A stretch of DNA of 64,000 bases from an uncultured virus (IMG/VR IMGVR_UViG_3300031525_000002) (IMGVR_UViG_3300031525_000002); one strand, 5' to 3'. Shown: positions 1-12,197, numbered from the stretch's first letter. The notes: generated from the sequence alone by a model not told the origin. Numbers and translations are program-made.

Positions 1-143
1 AGTGGAACCCGCCATCCGCTCGTTCTTGATCGAGCTTGTCGATGTCGGCCTTCGACGCGAGCCGCACGTAGAGGCACGGCTGGGCGGGTTCGCTGTCTGT
101 TCGCATGCTGGCAATGTACGTGCTGAATTGTGCGGATGCAAGC

Positions 144-173
144 TTGCGCTTGCGCGCGCAAGGCGCTATCCGT
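144..173 (+). promoter_or_regulatory. Possible sigma70-like promoter with an overlapping palindromic operator
   Basis: TTGCGC(144-149)-N17-TATCCG just upstream of the GTG at 180 that opens a 19 kb + strand gene chain; perfect palindrome CTTGCGCGCGCAAG at 149-162. Confidence 0.35.
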
Positions 174-334
174 GGTGACGTGATGCGCCACCGTGCTCCT
201 CTTCTCGCGGCCGTGATGACGTTGACCGCGCTCGGCACCTACGCCTTCGCTCGCGTCTGTCACAGTGGCGACGCTGGGTGGTGGACGCTCTTCGTCACAT
301 GCTTTATCGCGGTTGTCGCAATTGGAGCACTGAC

Positions 335-1138
335 GTGACGATGCAGCGCACCGACACCGTCCGCGTCCGCGTGTGCCAGTGCGGTCACGAGGAGGAGTGG
401 CACTCCGGCCAAGCTCCCGCACGATCCTGCATGTACGGCCACACGGCTGCGACGGGCGGCTGCGACTGCGTCAAGTTCCGGAGCCGTGGTCGAGCGGGCG
501 TCCGCGCCTTACTCGTGCCGCCGACCACCACCATCGACACGATCATCCGTGAGATGGTGCGCTCCGAGGTGGCGAAGCAGTTCGCGGCGGCGCGTTCCGC
601 TCGCGTCACGGCGGAGCCTGCACCGGCTCGTCGCATTCTAGAGAGTCGCACGCCCGTACGTCACACGAACGGCTCGGTCCCCCTCCAAGGCATTGACCGC
701 AAGCTCCTCCAAGCGCTCGCCACGCACGGCCCGTCATCCGTCAAGCGCCTCGCGATCCTCGCTGGGTACTCGCAGTCCGGTACGTTCAGCGCGGCCATCA
801 CGCGCCTCCGGAGAGGCGGGTACATCGTGTCCATGTCGGGCAGCCACGCGATCACCGACCTCGGGCGCCCGCTCGTCAGCGTCGGCCCACTGCCGACAGG
901 TCAGGCGCTCATGGACTACTGGTCGTCGCGCCTCGGCTCGTGCGGGACATCGATTCTCGAGGTGCTCGTGCGCGCCTACCCGCTCGAGGTGAAGACCGCC
1001 GAGCTCGCTGAGGCGACGCACTACAAGGCGTCCGGCACGTTCAGCGCGACGCAGACGAAGCTTCGTCATCTGGGGCTCGTTGACGGGCACCGCGCCTCGC
1101 GGGAGTTCGTTGAGGCTGTTCGTGGAGGTGCGTCGTGA
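335..1138 (+). CDS. Protein with an N-terminal Cys cluster and two tandem winged-helix-like DNA-binding repeats
   Basis: Internal repeat LAILAGYSQSGTFSAAITRLRRGG / LAEATHYKASGTFSATQTKLRHLG; GTGA overlap with the upstream gene. Confidence 0.6.
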   Translation: MTMQRTDTVRVRVCQCGHEEEWHSGQAPARSCMYGHTAATGGCDCVKFRSRGRAGVRALLVPPTTTIDTIIREMVRSEVAKQFAAARSARVTAEPAPARRILESRTPVRHTNGSVPLQGIDRKLLQALATHGPSSVKRLAILAGYSQSGTFSAAITRLRRGGYIVSMSGSHAITDLGRPLVSVGPLPTGQALMDYWSSRLGSCGTSILEVLVRAYPLEVKTAELAEATHYKASGTFSATQTKLRHLGLVDGHRASREFVEAVRGGAS

Positions 1139-1702
1139 CCGTCTGCCGTCACTGCGGGCTACCCGAGTCGTCCCACGTCGTCGCGCGCCCGCGCCTGCGC
1201 CTCTGCCCCAGCGGTCCGCTGCGCGTGTTCGACGCGGACCGACCGGTGACGTGGCATCGGAGGTTCGGCGGGGGACGGGTGACGAAGGCTCTCGCTGAAA
1301 TTCGGCGTACGCTCGCGATGAGGAGGTCGGCATGACTCCGTACCGAACCGTCACCTTCCGGCTTCCGCGTCACGCGTGGCCTGCGTGGGCGTGGACGTTA
1401 CTCTGCCTCCTCGCGGTTGGCGTGGTCATGGTTCCGTTTGGGTGTGTAGTCTCGTTCGCCGAATTCGGCGCTCTACGCGTTCCGCCGTGGTCTTGGCTCC
1501 TCCCCTCTATTCTCATCTACGGAATGCTCGTTGTTGCTCTACTGAAGAGGCATTCCCCGTGACAATCTGGGACTTCGCGCACGCTCACTTCGTTGGCCTC
1601 GCCGTCCTTCTGGTCGTGCTCCTCGTGTTCCTCGACAGCACCATCGTGAACTGGATGCGCGCGCGCCTCGTGCGCGACCTGACGAAGAAGCACGGCAAGT
1701 AG

Positions 1703-2305
1703 GTGGGCTACTCCGTCGACCTCGAGAAGGGCCGCAGAGTGCTCGCCATCGGTGTTCCGTCGAAGCGCAAGGGCGACCACGTCCGCCTCGTGCCACCAGG
1801 AACGCTCTTCTGCACCCACTGCGGCGAGAAGTACGCGATGGCGCTGCCGGTTTGCGTCGGGCTCATGGCGGCGGCGTGCGACGCGTTCAGCAAGGAGCAC
1901 CGTCGCTGCAAGCTTCGTTCGACCGGCCCAGCGTGCACCTACTGCTTCACATTCGGTCACCACTGCCAAGCGTGCCCATCGCTTGAGTACAAGGGATCGG
2001 TCGAGGCGTGGTGGCACGGGCGCGACACGGGCATGTCCTCCAAGACGCTGTGCGCCAAGCTCACGAGCTTCGCTATGTGCCCCGACGCCGCTCCGCTGGA
2101 CCCCGACGACTTCGGACGCTGCCACCGCTTTCTGAAAGCGTTCCCGCAGTACCGCTCGCGCATCCTCGAGATGCGCTCGGTGGAAGGCTGGGCCAAGCTC
2201 GCCGACGCGTGGGACGAACTGGAGGCGCTCTACGAAGCGGAGTATCCATCGGGACGAGCCCCGAAGCTCTACGCGCGTATGCGCGAACTGCGAGGCGACA
2301 AGTGA
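1703..2305 (+). CDS. Conserved phage hypothetical protein with CxxC motifs
   Basis: CTHC and CTYC motifs; C-terminal GxSS...PxDPxDFGRC...W..L segment typical of phage hypotheticals. Confidence 0.55.
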   Translation: MGYSVDLEKGRRVLAIGVPSKRKGDHVRLVPPGTLFCTHCGEKYAMALPVCVGLMAAACDAFSKEHRRCKLRSTGPACTYCFTFGHHCQACPSLEYKGSVEAWWHGRDTGMSSKTLCAKLTSFAMCPDAAPLDPDDFGRCHRFLKAFPQYRSRILEMRSVEGWAKLADAWDELEALYEAEYPSGRAPKLYARMRELRGDK

Positions 2306-2948
2306 CGCACTACCTCGTCGCTCTCGCTTGCCTCCTCCTCGGCTACCTCGTCGGCCGAGGCACACACCAGCGCAAGCTCGACCGCGCGCTCAAGGCGTAC
2401 ATCCGTGACGACCGCCCGTATCTACGGAGGCGACCGTGAGGGCGTTCTGGCTCTTCTGCATTTTCGTCGCCATCGTCGTGGGCGTCGCCGATCTCGAGGC
2501 CATTCAGCGCGACCTCCACGCCATCGCCATCCAGCGCGGTGCTCTCGACGCAGGTGCCGAATGACGACGCGTAATCCACCCCGCCCCGTGACGCCTCGCT
2601 GGGGCTGCACCACCTTGGAAGGCCGCGAACTCGTCTGCTACGCTGCGTCTCCCGCCAAAGCGCGTGAGCGCTTCTCGGCAGCTGGCATCGGGCTCCTCGT
2701 CGGCCAGATTCGCCCCCTTCCAGCGGATGACAGGGTCGTTATCCAAGACAAGCGGGCCACGTCGTGATGGAAGCGCGACGCTTGCTACGTGTGCCGGCCA
2801 TCGACCAGGAACTGACGGTGAACCTCATTCCGAACGCCGACTGCGAGATCGTCGGTGAGCGCTCCGCTCCGATACGGCTGAGTCTTGAGCAACTCCGCGT
2901 CTTGATTCATGGGCTCAAGGCCGCGCAAGATGAAATGGAGCGGATGCT

Positions 2949-3296
2949 ATGAAGCACCGTCACCCCTTCGGCCTGACCACCCCGTGCCCCCAGTGCCCGT
3001 TCCGTTCGGACATCCCGCCGTACCTCTCCGCGCGTCGAGTGCGCGAGATTCAGCGCTCGCTCGAGCGCGCTACGTTCCCATGCCACGAGACGACGGGCGC
3101 GAAGGGGCGCCGTCACGCTCGCGGCGGTCCTGTCTCCTGCGCGGGCGCGCTCATCCTATCGGAGAAGGAGGGTCGCGCCGGGCAGATGATGCGCATCGGC
3201 GAGCGCCTCGGGCTCTACGACCGCCGCAAGCTCGACATGACGGCGCCCGTGTACGACAGCTTCGACGCGATGGCGCGGGCTCAGAAGGCGCCATGA
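2949..3296 (+). CDS. Conserved phage Cys/His metal-binding protein
   Basis: PCPQCPFR...FPCHET...CAGA motif; ATGA overlaps on both sides. Confidence 0.55.
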   Translation: MKHRHPFGLTTPCPQCPFRSDIPPYLSARRVREIQRSLERATFPCHETTGAKGRRHARGGPVSCAGALILSEKEGRAGQMMRIGERLGLYDRRKLDMTAPVYDSFDAMARAQKAP

Positions 3297-3501
3297 AGAC
3301 TCTGCACGACCGTCTCAAAGAGTACGTTGTCGACACGGAGTTCAGCGCTAACGCGTCTGATGGACGTGGGCCACGGTGTCCATGCTGCGGTCGCCCTGCC
3401 GTGGACGGACACAACCCGCCCAGCAACGGTGGCTGTCGGCTCGGTCGTCTGTGCGACGACATCCGCCTCGTGCAGCGCGCTCGCGAGCTGGAGCCGACAC
3501 C

Positions 3502-4182
3502 ATGATCGTCGGCCGAGGCGTAGAAAAGGTCGAAGGGCGCTGCGGCGGCCAAGCCGTGCTCGTCGGCACCCGCCTGACCATCCGGTGCCTCGACGCGATG
3601 TGGCAGTCGGGCGGTGACGCGCTCGTCGCCAAGGAGTACCCATACCTCACCCGCGAGCAGCGCTTCGACGCGTACGGGTACGCGGAGGAGCATCGGGCCG
3701 AGCTCGACGCGGAGTTGGCCAAGGAGGTGGTCGGTGAGCGGGAGCGGACCCTTCCAGAGACAGACGAAGACATCCGTGCTGAACTAGCGAAGGCGTCTGA
3801 TGCGCCACCGGACTTGGTCCGTCGCCTCGAGCGCCTCCAGGTCGAGCACGACGCCATGGCCAGCGCCGGCCGACAGGCGCACGACGAGTGCGTGACGGCC
3901 CAGCGCCGAGCTGCGCGCGCGATTGCTGCGCTGCGCCTCCTGCAGTCCGGCCTCGTCTCGCTCCCCGACAAGGTGCAGTCCGCCGTGTCGGTCGCGCTGA
4001 GTGACGAGCCCCCGCCGCCTCGCGTCTCCGTGCGCGACATCGGAGTCGGCGGCCCTTACCGTCTCTTCGTCGATGATTGGGGGATCGCCACGTGGCCTTC
4101 GAAGCCGTCGCTCGAGGACCCTCACGGGTATGCTGAGGAGGTCGCTCGTTGCCTCAGGCGCGCACTGGGGGTGGTCGAGTGA
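3502..4182 (+). CDS. DUF433-like (antitoxin-type HTH) domain protein with a coiled-coil extension
   Basis: CGGQAVLVGTRLTI...EYPYLTREQ...AYGY matches the DUF433 pattern. Confidence 0.6.
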   Translation: MIVGRGVEKVEGRCGGQAVLVGTRLTIRCLDAMWQSGGDALVAKEYPYLTREQRFDAYGYAEEHRAELDAELAKEVVGERERTLPETDEDIRAELAKASDAPPDLVRRLERLQVEHDAMASAGRQAHDECVTAQRRAARAIAALRLLQSGLVSLPDKVQSAVSVALSDEPPPPRVSVRDIGVGGPYRLFVDDWGIATWPSKPSLEDPHGYAEEVARCLRRALGVVE

Positions 4183-4460
4183 GTGCGATGGTCGTCCACT
4201 GCAAGCGCTCCAAGTTCGACGTCTACATCGGGCGCCCAGGGCCGTGGGGCAACCCATTCTCGTGGAAGTCGGGCACGCTCGCGACGTTCATGTGCACGAA
4301 GGAGGACTGTCTTCCGAAGTACGAGAAGTGGCTCCGGGCTCAGCCTGACCTCGTCAGACGGGTACGTAAGGAACTTGCGGGCAAGGTGCTTGGGTGTTGG
4401 TGTGCGCCAGGCCCATGCCACGGTGATGTGCTCGCGCGCATCGCTGCGGAGGTCGCATGA
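4179..4460 (+). CDS. DUF4326 domain protein
   Basis: VYIGRPGPWGNPF...LAGKVLGCWCAPGPCHGDVL signature. Confidence 0.85.
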   Translation: MSAMVVHCKRSKFDVYIGRPGPWGNPFSWKSGTLATFMCTKEDCLPKYEKWLRAQPDLVRRVRKELAGKVLGCWCAPGPCHGDVLARIAAEVA

Positions 4461-4689
4461 CCGGCGAGCGCCTCGACACCTGCGTCGCGTGCCTCGCCGA
4501 GCACGCCCCTCAACTGAAGGACGCTGACAACTCCTACGTGGCCGAGGTCGCGACGGTCACCGTTATCGCGCATGCGGTACGGCATCGCTTGTCGGTGGAC
4601 GACCTCGTGTCGCAGATGTGCAAGACCCACGCGCTGGCGCTCGCCGTAGGCCTGCGGTCGTTCGCCGAGACCGACAAGGAGCCTCTCCA

Positions 4690-5457
4690 GTGAAGACCCT
4701 CTCCCCCGCCGCCGTCGACGCCCTGTCTGCCGTCGACATCTCCGGCAAAAGCGTCCGCCTCACGGCCCAGCTCGACCGCAAGCTCTACGTCGAGGTGAAC
4801 GCGGCGCTCGAGGCGCTCGGGGGCAAGTGGAACCGGAAGGAGAAGGCGCACCTGTTCGAAGCCGACCCCGCTGACGCCATCGATCAGGTGACGGTCGACG
4901 GAGCGTTCACCGACAAGCGGCGCGACCTCGACCAGTTCTACACCCCGCCCGGCCTCGCGCTGCACGTCGTCGCCAAGGCCGATGTCAAAGGCTGCTCCGT
5001 GCTCGAGCCGTCCGCGGGACGTGGGGTGCTCGTCGCTGAGGCGCTCCGGCAGGGAGCGAAGGAGGTCGAGGCCTTCGAGTGTGACCGTGACAACGTTGAA
5101 GCCATGATGTTTCTCGTTTCTCCGATGCCCGAAGCTCGACTCCTCTGCACGCTGGGGGACTTCCTCAAGCCGTTTCCGTTTGACCACCGCACCTTCGACC
5201 GCGTCGTTATGAACCCTCCGTTCGGGAAACAGCAGGACCTCGCCCACGTGACGAAGGCCTACTCCCTCCTCGCGCCCGGCGGTCGCCTCGTCGCCATCAT
5301 GTCCGCGGGCGTCACGTTTCGAGGTGACCGTCGCACGCAGGCCTTCCGCGCGCTCGTCGACGACGCGCACGGCACCATCGACCCGCTCCCCGAGCACTCC
5401 TTCCGCGAGAGCGGAACCGACGTGCGCGCGGTGGTCGTCACCATGAGGCGACCGTGA
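4690..5457 (+). CDS. N6-adenine DNA methyltransferase (NPPF type)
   Basis: QFYTP, VLEPSAGRG (motif I), VMNPPF (motif IV), F..SGT C-terminus. Confidence 0.85.
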   Translation: MKTLSPAAVDALSAVDISGKSVRLTAQLDRKLYVEVNAALEALGGKWNRKEKAHLFEADPADAIDQVTVDGAFTDKRRDLDQFYTPPGLALHVVAKADVKGCSVLEPSAGRGVLVAEALRQGAKEVEAFECDRDNVEAMMFLVSPMPEARLLCTLGDFLKPFPFDHRTFDRVVMNPPFGKQQDLAHVTKAYSLLAPGGRLVAIMSAGVTFRGDRRTQAFRALVDDAHGTIDPLPEHSFRESGTDVRAVVVTMRRP

Positions 5458-5783
5458 CGCGCCCCCACTTCTACACGCTGAACAGCGAGACTCACGCGAT
5501 TCACGCTAATCCTGATTGCTGGCCTGACCTCCGTGGCGTGTGGCCATTCATTCGCGTCGCGGAGACGTGGTTGGGGCCACCGACAGACGGTCGCCCTGGT
5601 GCAGTCTACGTCTCTACCGTGTTTCTCGGCATCGACATTCAAGTTGCAGGGCCCCCCGTTCTATTCGAGACCATGACCTTCGGTGGTGCGTACGACCGTG
5701 CCCAGCGAAAGCATTCGGCGACCTGGGACGCAGCGATTGCTGAGCATGAGCGCCACGTCAGGCTCGCGAAGGAGCGCCTATGA
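5454..5783 (+). CDS. Conserved phage hypothetical protein
   Basis: VSTVFLGID...PVLFETMTFGG...TWDAA..H motif common in phage early regions. Confidence 0.6.
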   Translation: MTRPHFYTLNSETHAIHANPDCWPDLRGVWPFIRVAETWLGPPTDGRPGAVYVSTVFLGIDIQVAGPPVLFETMTFGGAYDRAQRKHSATWDAAIAEHERHVRLAKERL

Positions 5784-7154
5784 CCATGTCGATGGAGGAC
5801 GCAGCTCGGCAGCGTGAGGGAGAGGCCCACGACCAGCGATGCAAGCACCGCAGGGCCGCTCGGATCTGGGCCGCCATCGTCGAGGAGAAGCCCGATACCG
5901 CTGCCGTGAGCAGGATCCTTGCGTCGTGGATGACGGCCTACGAGGCGGCGGACGCTGAGGCGGAGCGGGCGTTCCGCGAGCTCGCAGCAATGAGCTCGCT
6001 ATGACGTGGGATGCGAAGACGTCGTGGAACGTGTGCAAGACCCGCACATGCCGCGGCCCGGTCGAGCGGTTCGACGGCAGCGTAGACTTCTTCGATGGCA
6101 GCGAGGCGCACTGCATCGAATGTGACCGTGAGTACACGGTCTACATCGCGGGTGACGATACGACACCGTGGCTCTCGCCCGTGCGCGTACCGCCCCTCAC
6201 GCCCGCCATGCGAGAGGCGCTCGTCGAGGCCGTCGGGCCACGCCGCGGCCTCATCCTGGCCGACCCGCGCACCGTTCGCGCACTCGAGGAGCGACGCTTC
6301 GCGCAGAAGACACCGCAGCAGAATCTGGAGTGTCGCCGTGACCAGTCGTTTCTCACGGATGCCGGCCGAGCCGCTGTCGTCACGCGGAGGTCCGCGTGAA
6401 CGCCGCCTTCGGTCCGAAGGAGATGTCGTACATCGTCAGCGCGCTCGCGCGCGGCAAAGGCACGTGGGTCCTCGCTGCCGCTCCGTCGGAGGTGGGATTG
6501 CACAACGTTGCTGCCATTGCGTGCGGCGCTCCTCAGGCCATCAGCATCAAGGGTGGCGTGATCGTCATGCTCGGTCTCACGCGGGAGAGTCTCACGACGC
6601 TGCGTGACCTCGCGGACGAACTGCTCAAGGGGGCGCCTGCGTCATGAGCCGCGTCCTGCACGTCTCCGTCCCTGTCCGTCGCGCCATCGATTGGCCTCCC
6701 GCTCACCTCGCGGTCATGTTCAAGGACGACAAGGGTGGCTTCCTCGACGCCGACGCTGCGCGCGAGGCGCTGCTCGACAACCTTGAAGCGGGCCACAAGT
6801 ATCTGCCCGTGGGTCCCGCCTGTGACGGATTCTCGTACGAGACAGGCTGTCCGGGGCACGACGTGCCATGAACGCGCTCTCCACCCGCGCTCGTCACGTG
6901 CTCGTGCACGCCGTGTATCCCACCACAGGCGACGACTACCATCCATGGGCTGCCAACGTGGCTCCTCGCGTCGCCCTTCGTCTGCTCCGTCGGCGGGCGA
7001 AGGATCTGCGATGCAGCGTTCGTCACGTCATCCTGCGTGCTCGAGGAGGCGGCCACGTCACCTGCCACGAGCTCCTCGCGTGGATGGGCCTGCCTGAGGA
7101 CGAGCCGCACGTCCACGTCTGCCGTGACTGCGGGCAGAAGATGGGGAATGGCTC

Positions 7155-7709
7155 GTGACGACTCCCCACCGCAACAACCCGTACCTCGCGGGCATGCCGA
7201 CGGATCTCCGTCAGCCCACCGTCTTCCGCGAGGTCGAGGAAGTCTTCTCGCTTCCGTTCGTCGAGGTGCCGCCACGTAGCGAGGCCCACACGCAAGGCGT
7301 GCTGCAGACGCACTTCCGCGCCAAGCGCTTCTGCATCTACGCCGACGACGCCACCAAGCTACGCGTCAACCTACATTTCGGGTGCGAGGTGGGAGGCACG
7401 AGCTCGAACGTGCAGATGCCCGCCGCCATCTTCGCCGATGGCCCGGCGGTAGACCGCACACCTTTCGTTCTCCATTGCAGCGAATGCGGCGCGCCCACGA
7501 AGGAGGCTGCGCCGAAGTGCTCCTACTGCAGCGCTCCATTCACATGGCGCCTGACGGAGACCGCGTTCGGACAGTCGGGGCTCGCGCTCGACTTTCCGAC
7601 CATGCCTCCCGGCGTGGTACTCGCCGCGCACTTCTCGAATCGGAGCGATAAGGCGATTGGTGTCGATGCGGCGTTCGTGGGGATTACAGCGCACATGGAG
7701 TGGCGATGA
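7155..7709 (+). CDS. Beta-rich (possibly jelly-roll) protein with an inserted double Zn-ribbon; paralog of 19966-20415
   Basis: FRAKRF...PAAIFA...PTMPPG...SNRSDKAI...FVG pattern shared with 19966-20415; CSEC...CSYC insert. Confidence 0.45.
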   Translation: MTTPHRNNPYLAGMPTDLRQPTVFREVEEVFSLPFVEVPPRSEAHTQGVLQTHFRAKRFCIYADDATKLRVNLHFGCEVGGTSSNVQMPAAIFADGPAVDRTPFVLHCSECGAPTKEAAPKCSYCSAPFTWRLTETAFGQSGLALDFPTMPPGVVLAAHFSNRSDKAIGVDAAFVGITAHMEWR

Positions 7710-9372
7710 CGACGCGTCCTGGGCTTTGGGAATCGCTCACCATGACCGACGAGGAGTGGCATCGGGAGTGCAACCGTAGGTCGGACGCCAACATGGCCTA
7801 CTACTACACGGAGTGCGCCCGGTGCGGGCACGAGCGCTCGCGTCACGAGGCGCTCGACGCCAAGCGATGCACGTCTGACCCGTTCCACTACACGGATGTG
7901 ACGACCACGTGCGACTGTCCTGGCTTCGTCGAGCCAGAGGATGGTGACGAGTGACCTCCGTGACCCCTTGCAACCTCTGCGGCCTCACCTGCGCTCTGCC
8001 CACCGGCCCGGCTGACGCCACCGTGCTGGACGACCATGGGCTTATCGCCTGCGAGGTGATGGGCCACTACGCCTCCACGCCAGGCAATGGCCATGGGGCG
8101 CTTGATGATGGCGATGCGTACACCTTCTCGCTCTGTGAGTTCTGTCTCGACTGGCTATTCACGCAGTTCCGTATCCCTCCGAAGGTCGAGGCGGTCTCGC
8201 TTGGCACGTGCGACATCGACGGCAACCCGGTCGTGCATCCGCGTCGCCACGTCGAGTGGCGTCCTGCATCGCTGCGCGTCTCTCGTGACGAGTGGCGTCA
8301 CGGGCAGAGGTTCAAGGGGCACGACGCGTTCTATGCGGAGGCGGCTCGGCGCGACCTCGCGCGCGGGCTCAAGGAGCGCGAATGAGCTCTCTCTCCCATC
8401 TCATGATCCTTACCTCTGACACCGAGGGTACCAACGACGCCCGACGCGCACCGATGCGCGCCTTGAACGCATGGTGTGACGAGCATGCCAACGGACAGCG
8501 CTTCGCACTTCTCCCGAGTAATGCTGCCGGCGGCAGTAAGGTCTGGGGCCGCGCCATCTGGGCCTGCTGCGGCAACTACTTCCCGACCCGCGAATTCATG
8601 ACGGCCTTCCCGGCGTTCGGGTGGGACAGCTACACGGCGGACACGACCATCCTTGTCGTGCGCGACGAGACTATCCATGCGGGCGACGCGTGGATCGCCA
8701 TCGATGGGAACGGGGGAGCGCTCACGAAGGAGCCTGACCTCGGCTACGGGCGAGCCGAGGTCGACCCGTCACGCAGGACGCCCGCCGAGATGCGGGTGCT
8801 CGCCGCCGCCATCGCGTGGAGCGAGTCGTGCGAGGAGGATGACCCCGACGGGGAGACCGACTTGGCGCTCATCGACGCGGTCGAGGCGCTCGTGGACCCT
8901 AAGCTTGACGCACCTGAGGCGCGGCTCACGCTCTTCCACTGGGACTACCTCGACGCCATCGGCGACTGGGGGCCTGGCAACGCCGTGGCCATGGCGGCGA
9001 CGAAGGAGGAGGCTATCGACCTCATCGTCGCCTCATGTGACGACGCTACTCTTCAGCCTCTCCTCCGTGCCGAGCTGGTCCAGACCGACCCGGTCATCCA
9101 CGACGAGCCGACAGGCTTCACCATCATGGGGTCCGCATGACCGCCCCCGGCGCATGGGCCATGCTCCGTCGCTCCCGCGGACGGACGTGGAAGGTCGATG
9201 GAGGCGCGCTCAACCGCGAATTCTTCTTCCGCGACATCACGCCCGCCGAGGCGAGCGAGTACGCCGACCACGAGCGGTGGCTGTTCATCTTCTGCCCCGA
9301 AGGCGTCCGCGTAGGGGCGACGGTCCGCCTGACCGACGACGGGCTCGGCATCGTCTGGCCACCGGAGACGCC

Positions 9373-10146
9373 ATGAGTCCCGAGGCCATGCTCGCCGCCC
9401 GGTACCCGTCCCCGGAGTGGGCCACGTTCTTCGAGGTCCAGAACGGGACGGGGTGGGAGTACAACCGTCCAGGGCGCAAGGCGCGACGAGCGGACGCGCT
9501 CGCGTTCGGCATCTGGCCGTCTCGCGGGTACGCGGTCCACGGCTTCGAGATCAAGCGCAGCCGAGCCGACTGGCTGAGTGAGCTCGCCGACCTCACCAAG
9601 TCGGACGCGGTCGGGGTCTACTGCGACCGATGGTGGCTCGTGCTGTCGGAGGCCAAGATCGCGCTCGACTCCGAGGTGCCCGAGACGTGGGGGATCCTTG
9701 CTCCGAAGGGAGCCAAGCTCGTCGCGCTCCGGGACGCCCCAAAGCGCGAGGCGGTCCCGCTCACGCGCCCGCAGATCGCCGCGATTCTCCGTCAGGTCGG
9801 CGAGACGACCGTGCCGAAGGCCATCGTCGACAAGATGATTGACGAACGCGTCGAGCAGGCGGTCAAGCGCGCAGCGCCGCAATACGAGTATGCGCAGCGC
9901 GCGCGGGACCAAGAGCTCGACAAGCTCAAGCAAGAGGTGGCTGCCTTCCACGAGGCGAGTGGCCTTTACATCGGTCAGTACACGGGTGGCAGATCGCTGG
10001 GGGAGCGCGTCGCGAAGCTGAGTCACTTCTCGAGCGTCACGGGTCCGGAGCGGCTCGAGCAGGCCAAGCGCCAGCTTCTTGAACTCGTCAGCTTCATCGA
10101 CCGCGACCTCGGCGTCATCTCCGACCTCGCCAAGGTTGGGTCCTGA
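9373..10146 (+). CDS. PD-(D/E)XK nuclease, MmcB-like
   Basis: FFEV...RADAL...HGFEIKRSRADWLSEL. Confidence 0.7.
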   Translation: MSPEAMLAARYPSPEWATFFEVQNGTGWEYNRPGRKARRADALAFGIWPSRGYAVHGFEIKRSRADWLSELADLTKSDAVGVYCDRWWLVLSEAKIALDSEVPETWGILAPKGAKLVALRDAPKREAVPLTRPQIAAILRQVGETTVPKAIVDKMIDERVEQAVKRAAPQYEYAQRARDQELDKLKQEVAAFHEASGLYIGQYTGGRSLGERVAKLSHFSSVTGPERLEQAKRQLLELVSFIDRDLGVISDLAKVGS

Positions 10147-10491
10147 TGCTCGCCTTTGCTGCCTTCCTGCTGTTCTTCGGCGCGCTCGCGTACCTCGCGC
10201 TTCGACGCTCGCGTCTGCCAGGCAGCGGCGGCGCCGGCGGGCGACGAGGTCGTAGTGGTGGTGACGGTGCGCACGGGCGCGTCTACATCACCTTCTACGG
10301 GAGGGACGACTGATGTACGGCGTCGCCCATATCTGCGTCTTCCGGGGCAAGCGCTGCCCGCCCGTCAAGCGCAAGCGCTCGGAACCGCGTGTGCTCTGCT
10401 CCATCTGCGACCGCAAGGCGACGGGTTACGCGATGTTTCCGTGGGGCGCGTCGCCGCTCTGCACGCAGCACATCAAAGAGGAGTGCGGCCC

Positions 10492-10989
10492 GTGACGCTC
10501 AGCTTCCTCGACGAGTACGGCGCGCGCTTCTCGGCGGACCGTCGCTACCGCTACCGCCTCTGGCGGAACTGGGGCACGCTCGACAACTGCTGCGTCTGGC
10601 TCCTACTGAATCCGTCGACCGCCGACGAGATGGCGCCTGATCCAACGGTGACGAAGTGCATGCGCTTCGCCCGACGGTGGGGGTACTCGGGCATCACTGT
10701 GGTGAACCTGTTCGCGCTCGTCTCGACCGACCCCAAGGGACTGCTCAAGGTGGCCGACCCGGTCGGTCCCGGCAACGATGCTGCCATTGACGAGGCCGTC
10801 CGTGATGCACGGCGCATCGTCCTCGCGTGGGGCACCCACGCCCCCGTCCGAAAACTCATTCGCGAGCGCGAGACGTTCCGTACGTTCGACTATCGTGCCG
10901 GCACGCTCGGACGCAACGCTGACGGGACTCCTCGCCACCCGCTGATGCTCGCGTACGACACGCCGTTTGAGCCGCTGGGGTCTTCATGA
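10492..10989 (+). CDS. DUF1643 domain protein
   Basis: YRYRLWR...LLNPSTAD...DPT...VVNLFA...AWG...PRHPL signature. Confidence 0.85.
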   Translation: MTLSFLDEYGARFSADRRYRYRLWRNWGTLDNCCVWLLLNPSTADEMAPDPTVTKCMRFARRWGYSGITVVNLFALVSTDPKGLLKVADPVGPGNDAAIDEAVRDARRIVLAWGTHAPVRKLIRERETFRTFDYRAGTLGRNADGTPRHPLMLAYDTPFEPLGSS

Positions 10990-12197
10990 CGACCGCCGAG
11001 CGTGAGCTCCTCGAATACTGTGCTGGGCTCATCCCCCTGCCCGTGCGCTGGAAGCCCGAGGAGGATCGCAGGCGCTTCCACGAGTGGGGCTGGTCTCCAA
11101 TGGAGGCCGCCATCGACGTCGATACTGTCGAAGACTGCCGGCGACGTGGCTGGCTCTCCCTTCCGGGTGACGATACATGTCACACAACCGCGCTGGGCAT
11201 CCTTGCGCTGGGGCAACTCTGAATGGAGTGGCGCCTCGAGCGTGACGCCTCCGGCACGCCCTGCCGCATGCACTGGCAGGCGCCATGCCCGTGGTGCAGC
11301 GACCACGGCATCATCGTCAAGCACACCGAAGGGGCGCGCGTACCGCAGGTGTGGCCGTGCCCCGCGTGCTCCAATCCGCGCTCGGGGGCGATTCGCCTCC
11401 CCGACCACATTTCGCCCAAGCCGTTGGAGGTTCGATAGATGGACTACGACTTCCACGTCGACGGTGGCCGCTACGGTGGCCACGACAGCACTCTGGGCGA
11501 CTGCGACACATGTGACGCCAAGCGCGTCCCGTGCATCTCCATTCCTGCTGCGGAGGACCAGTCCGAGACGGGCGTGTGCGAGGCGTGCGTGCGACGCATG
11601 CTCGCTGCCTTCGAGGCTGCCCGCTGATGCGCTTCCACGTCGCCCGCCTCCCCGGCTCTCGCGACTGGGTCGTCCGCGACCAGGACGGCACCCAGGTCGC
11701 CGGCCCGTTCGCGACGCGTCTCGAGGCTCGTGATGCAGGCCCGTGGGTCGTCCGTACCTCCTTGACCCTCGCCGATGGCGGCTCCTACGTCATGCACGGC
11801 GGCAATCGCGAGGGTCCCGTGCTCTTCTTCAACCGCGCGACCGCCGACCGGTGTGCCGCCTCGTGGCGCGGCATCGTGGTGAGGTACCAATGATGTGCCC
11901 GATCTGTAAGCGTGGTCCGATGGACGACCATCCCGACTTCGGGCTCATGTGCGCGTTCAACTACGACCGCAAGCGCCCGTGCGACTTCGCGGTCGGGATG
12001 GGACCGATGGCGGAGTCGGTAGCTCGCTGGCACAAGGCACACCCTCCTGGCTGGAGGCGCGCGCGCATCCTCGTCATCAAGCTGGACCCGGAGGAAGCTG
12101 ACGCAGTACGCGAGGCTGCCGGTGGCGACGACAACATGACCCAGTGGGCCTACGAGACGCTCCTCGTCACGACGGGGAAGTACGTCGCGCGTGCCAC

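Noticed and set aside
3502..4460. DUF433 gene as part of a toxin-antitoxin pair
   Set aside because: No adjacent PIN/DUF5615-type toxin; the neighbour is DUF4326
8653..9372. Long N-terminal extensions given by the ORF track (also 34151-35647, 29128-30180, 38559-39767, 61875-62723)
   Set aside because: They overlap better-supported upstream genes; starts were reassigned to the ATGA/GTGA overlap positions
9373..10146. PD-(D/E)XK nuclease as the restriction partner of an R-M system
   Set aside because: Not adjacent to any MTase and resembles the stand-alone MmcB-like phage family
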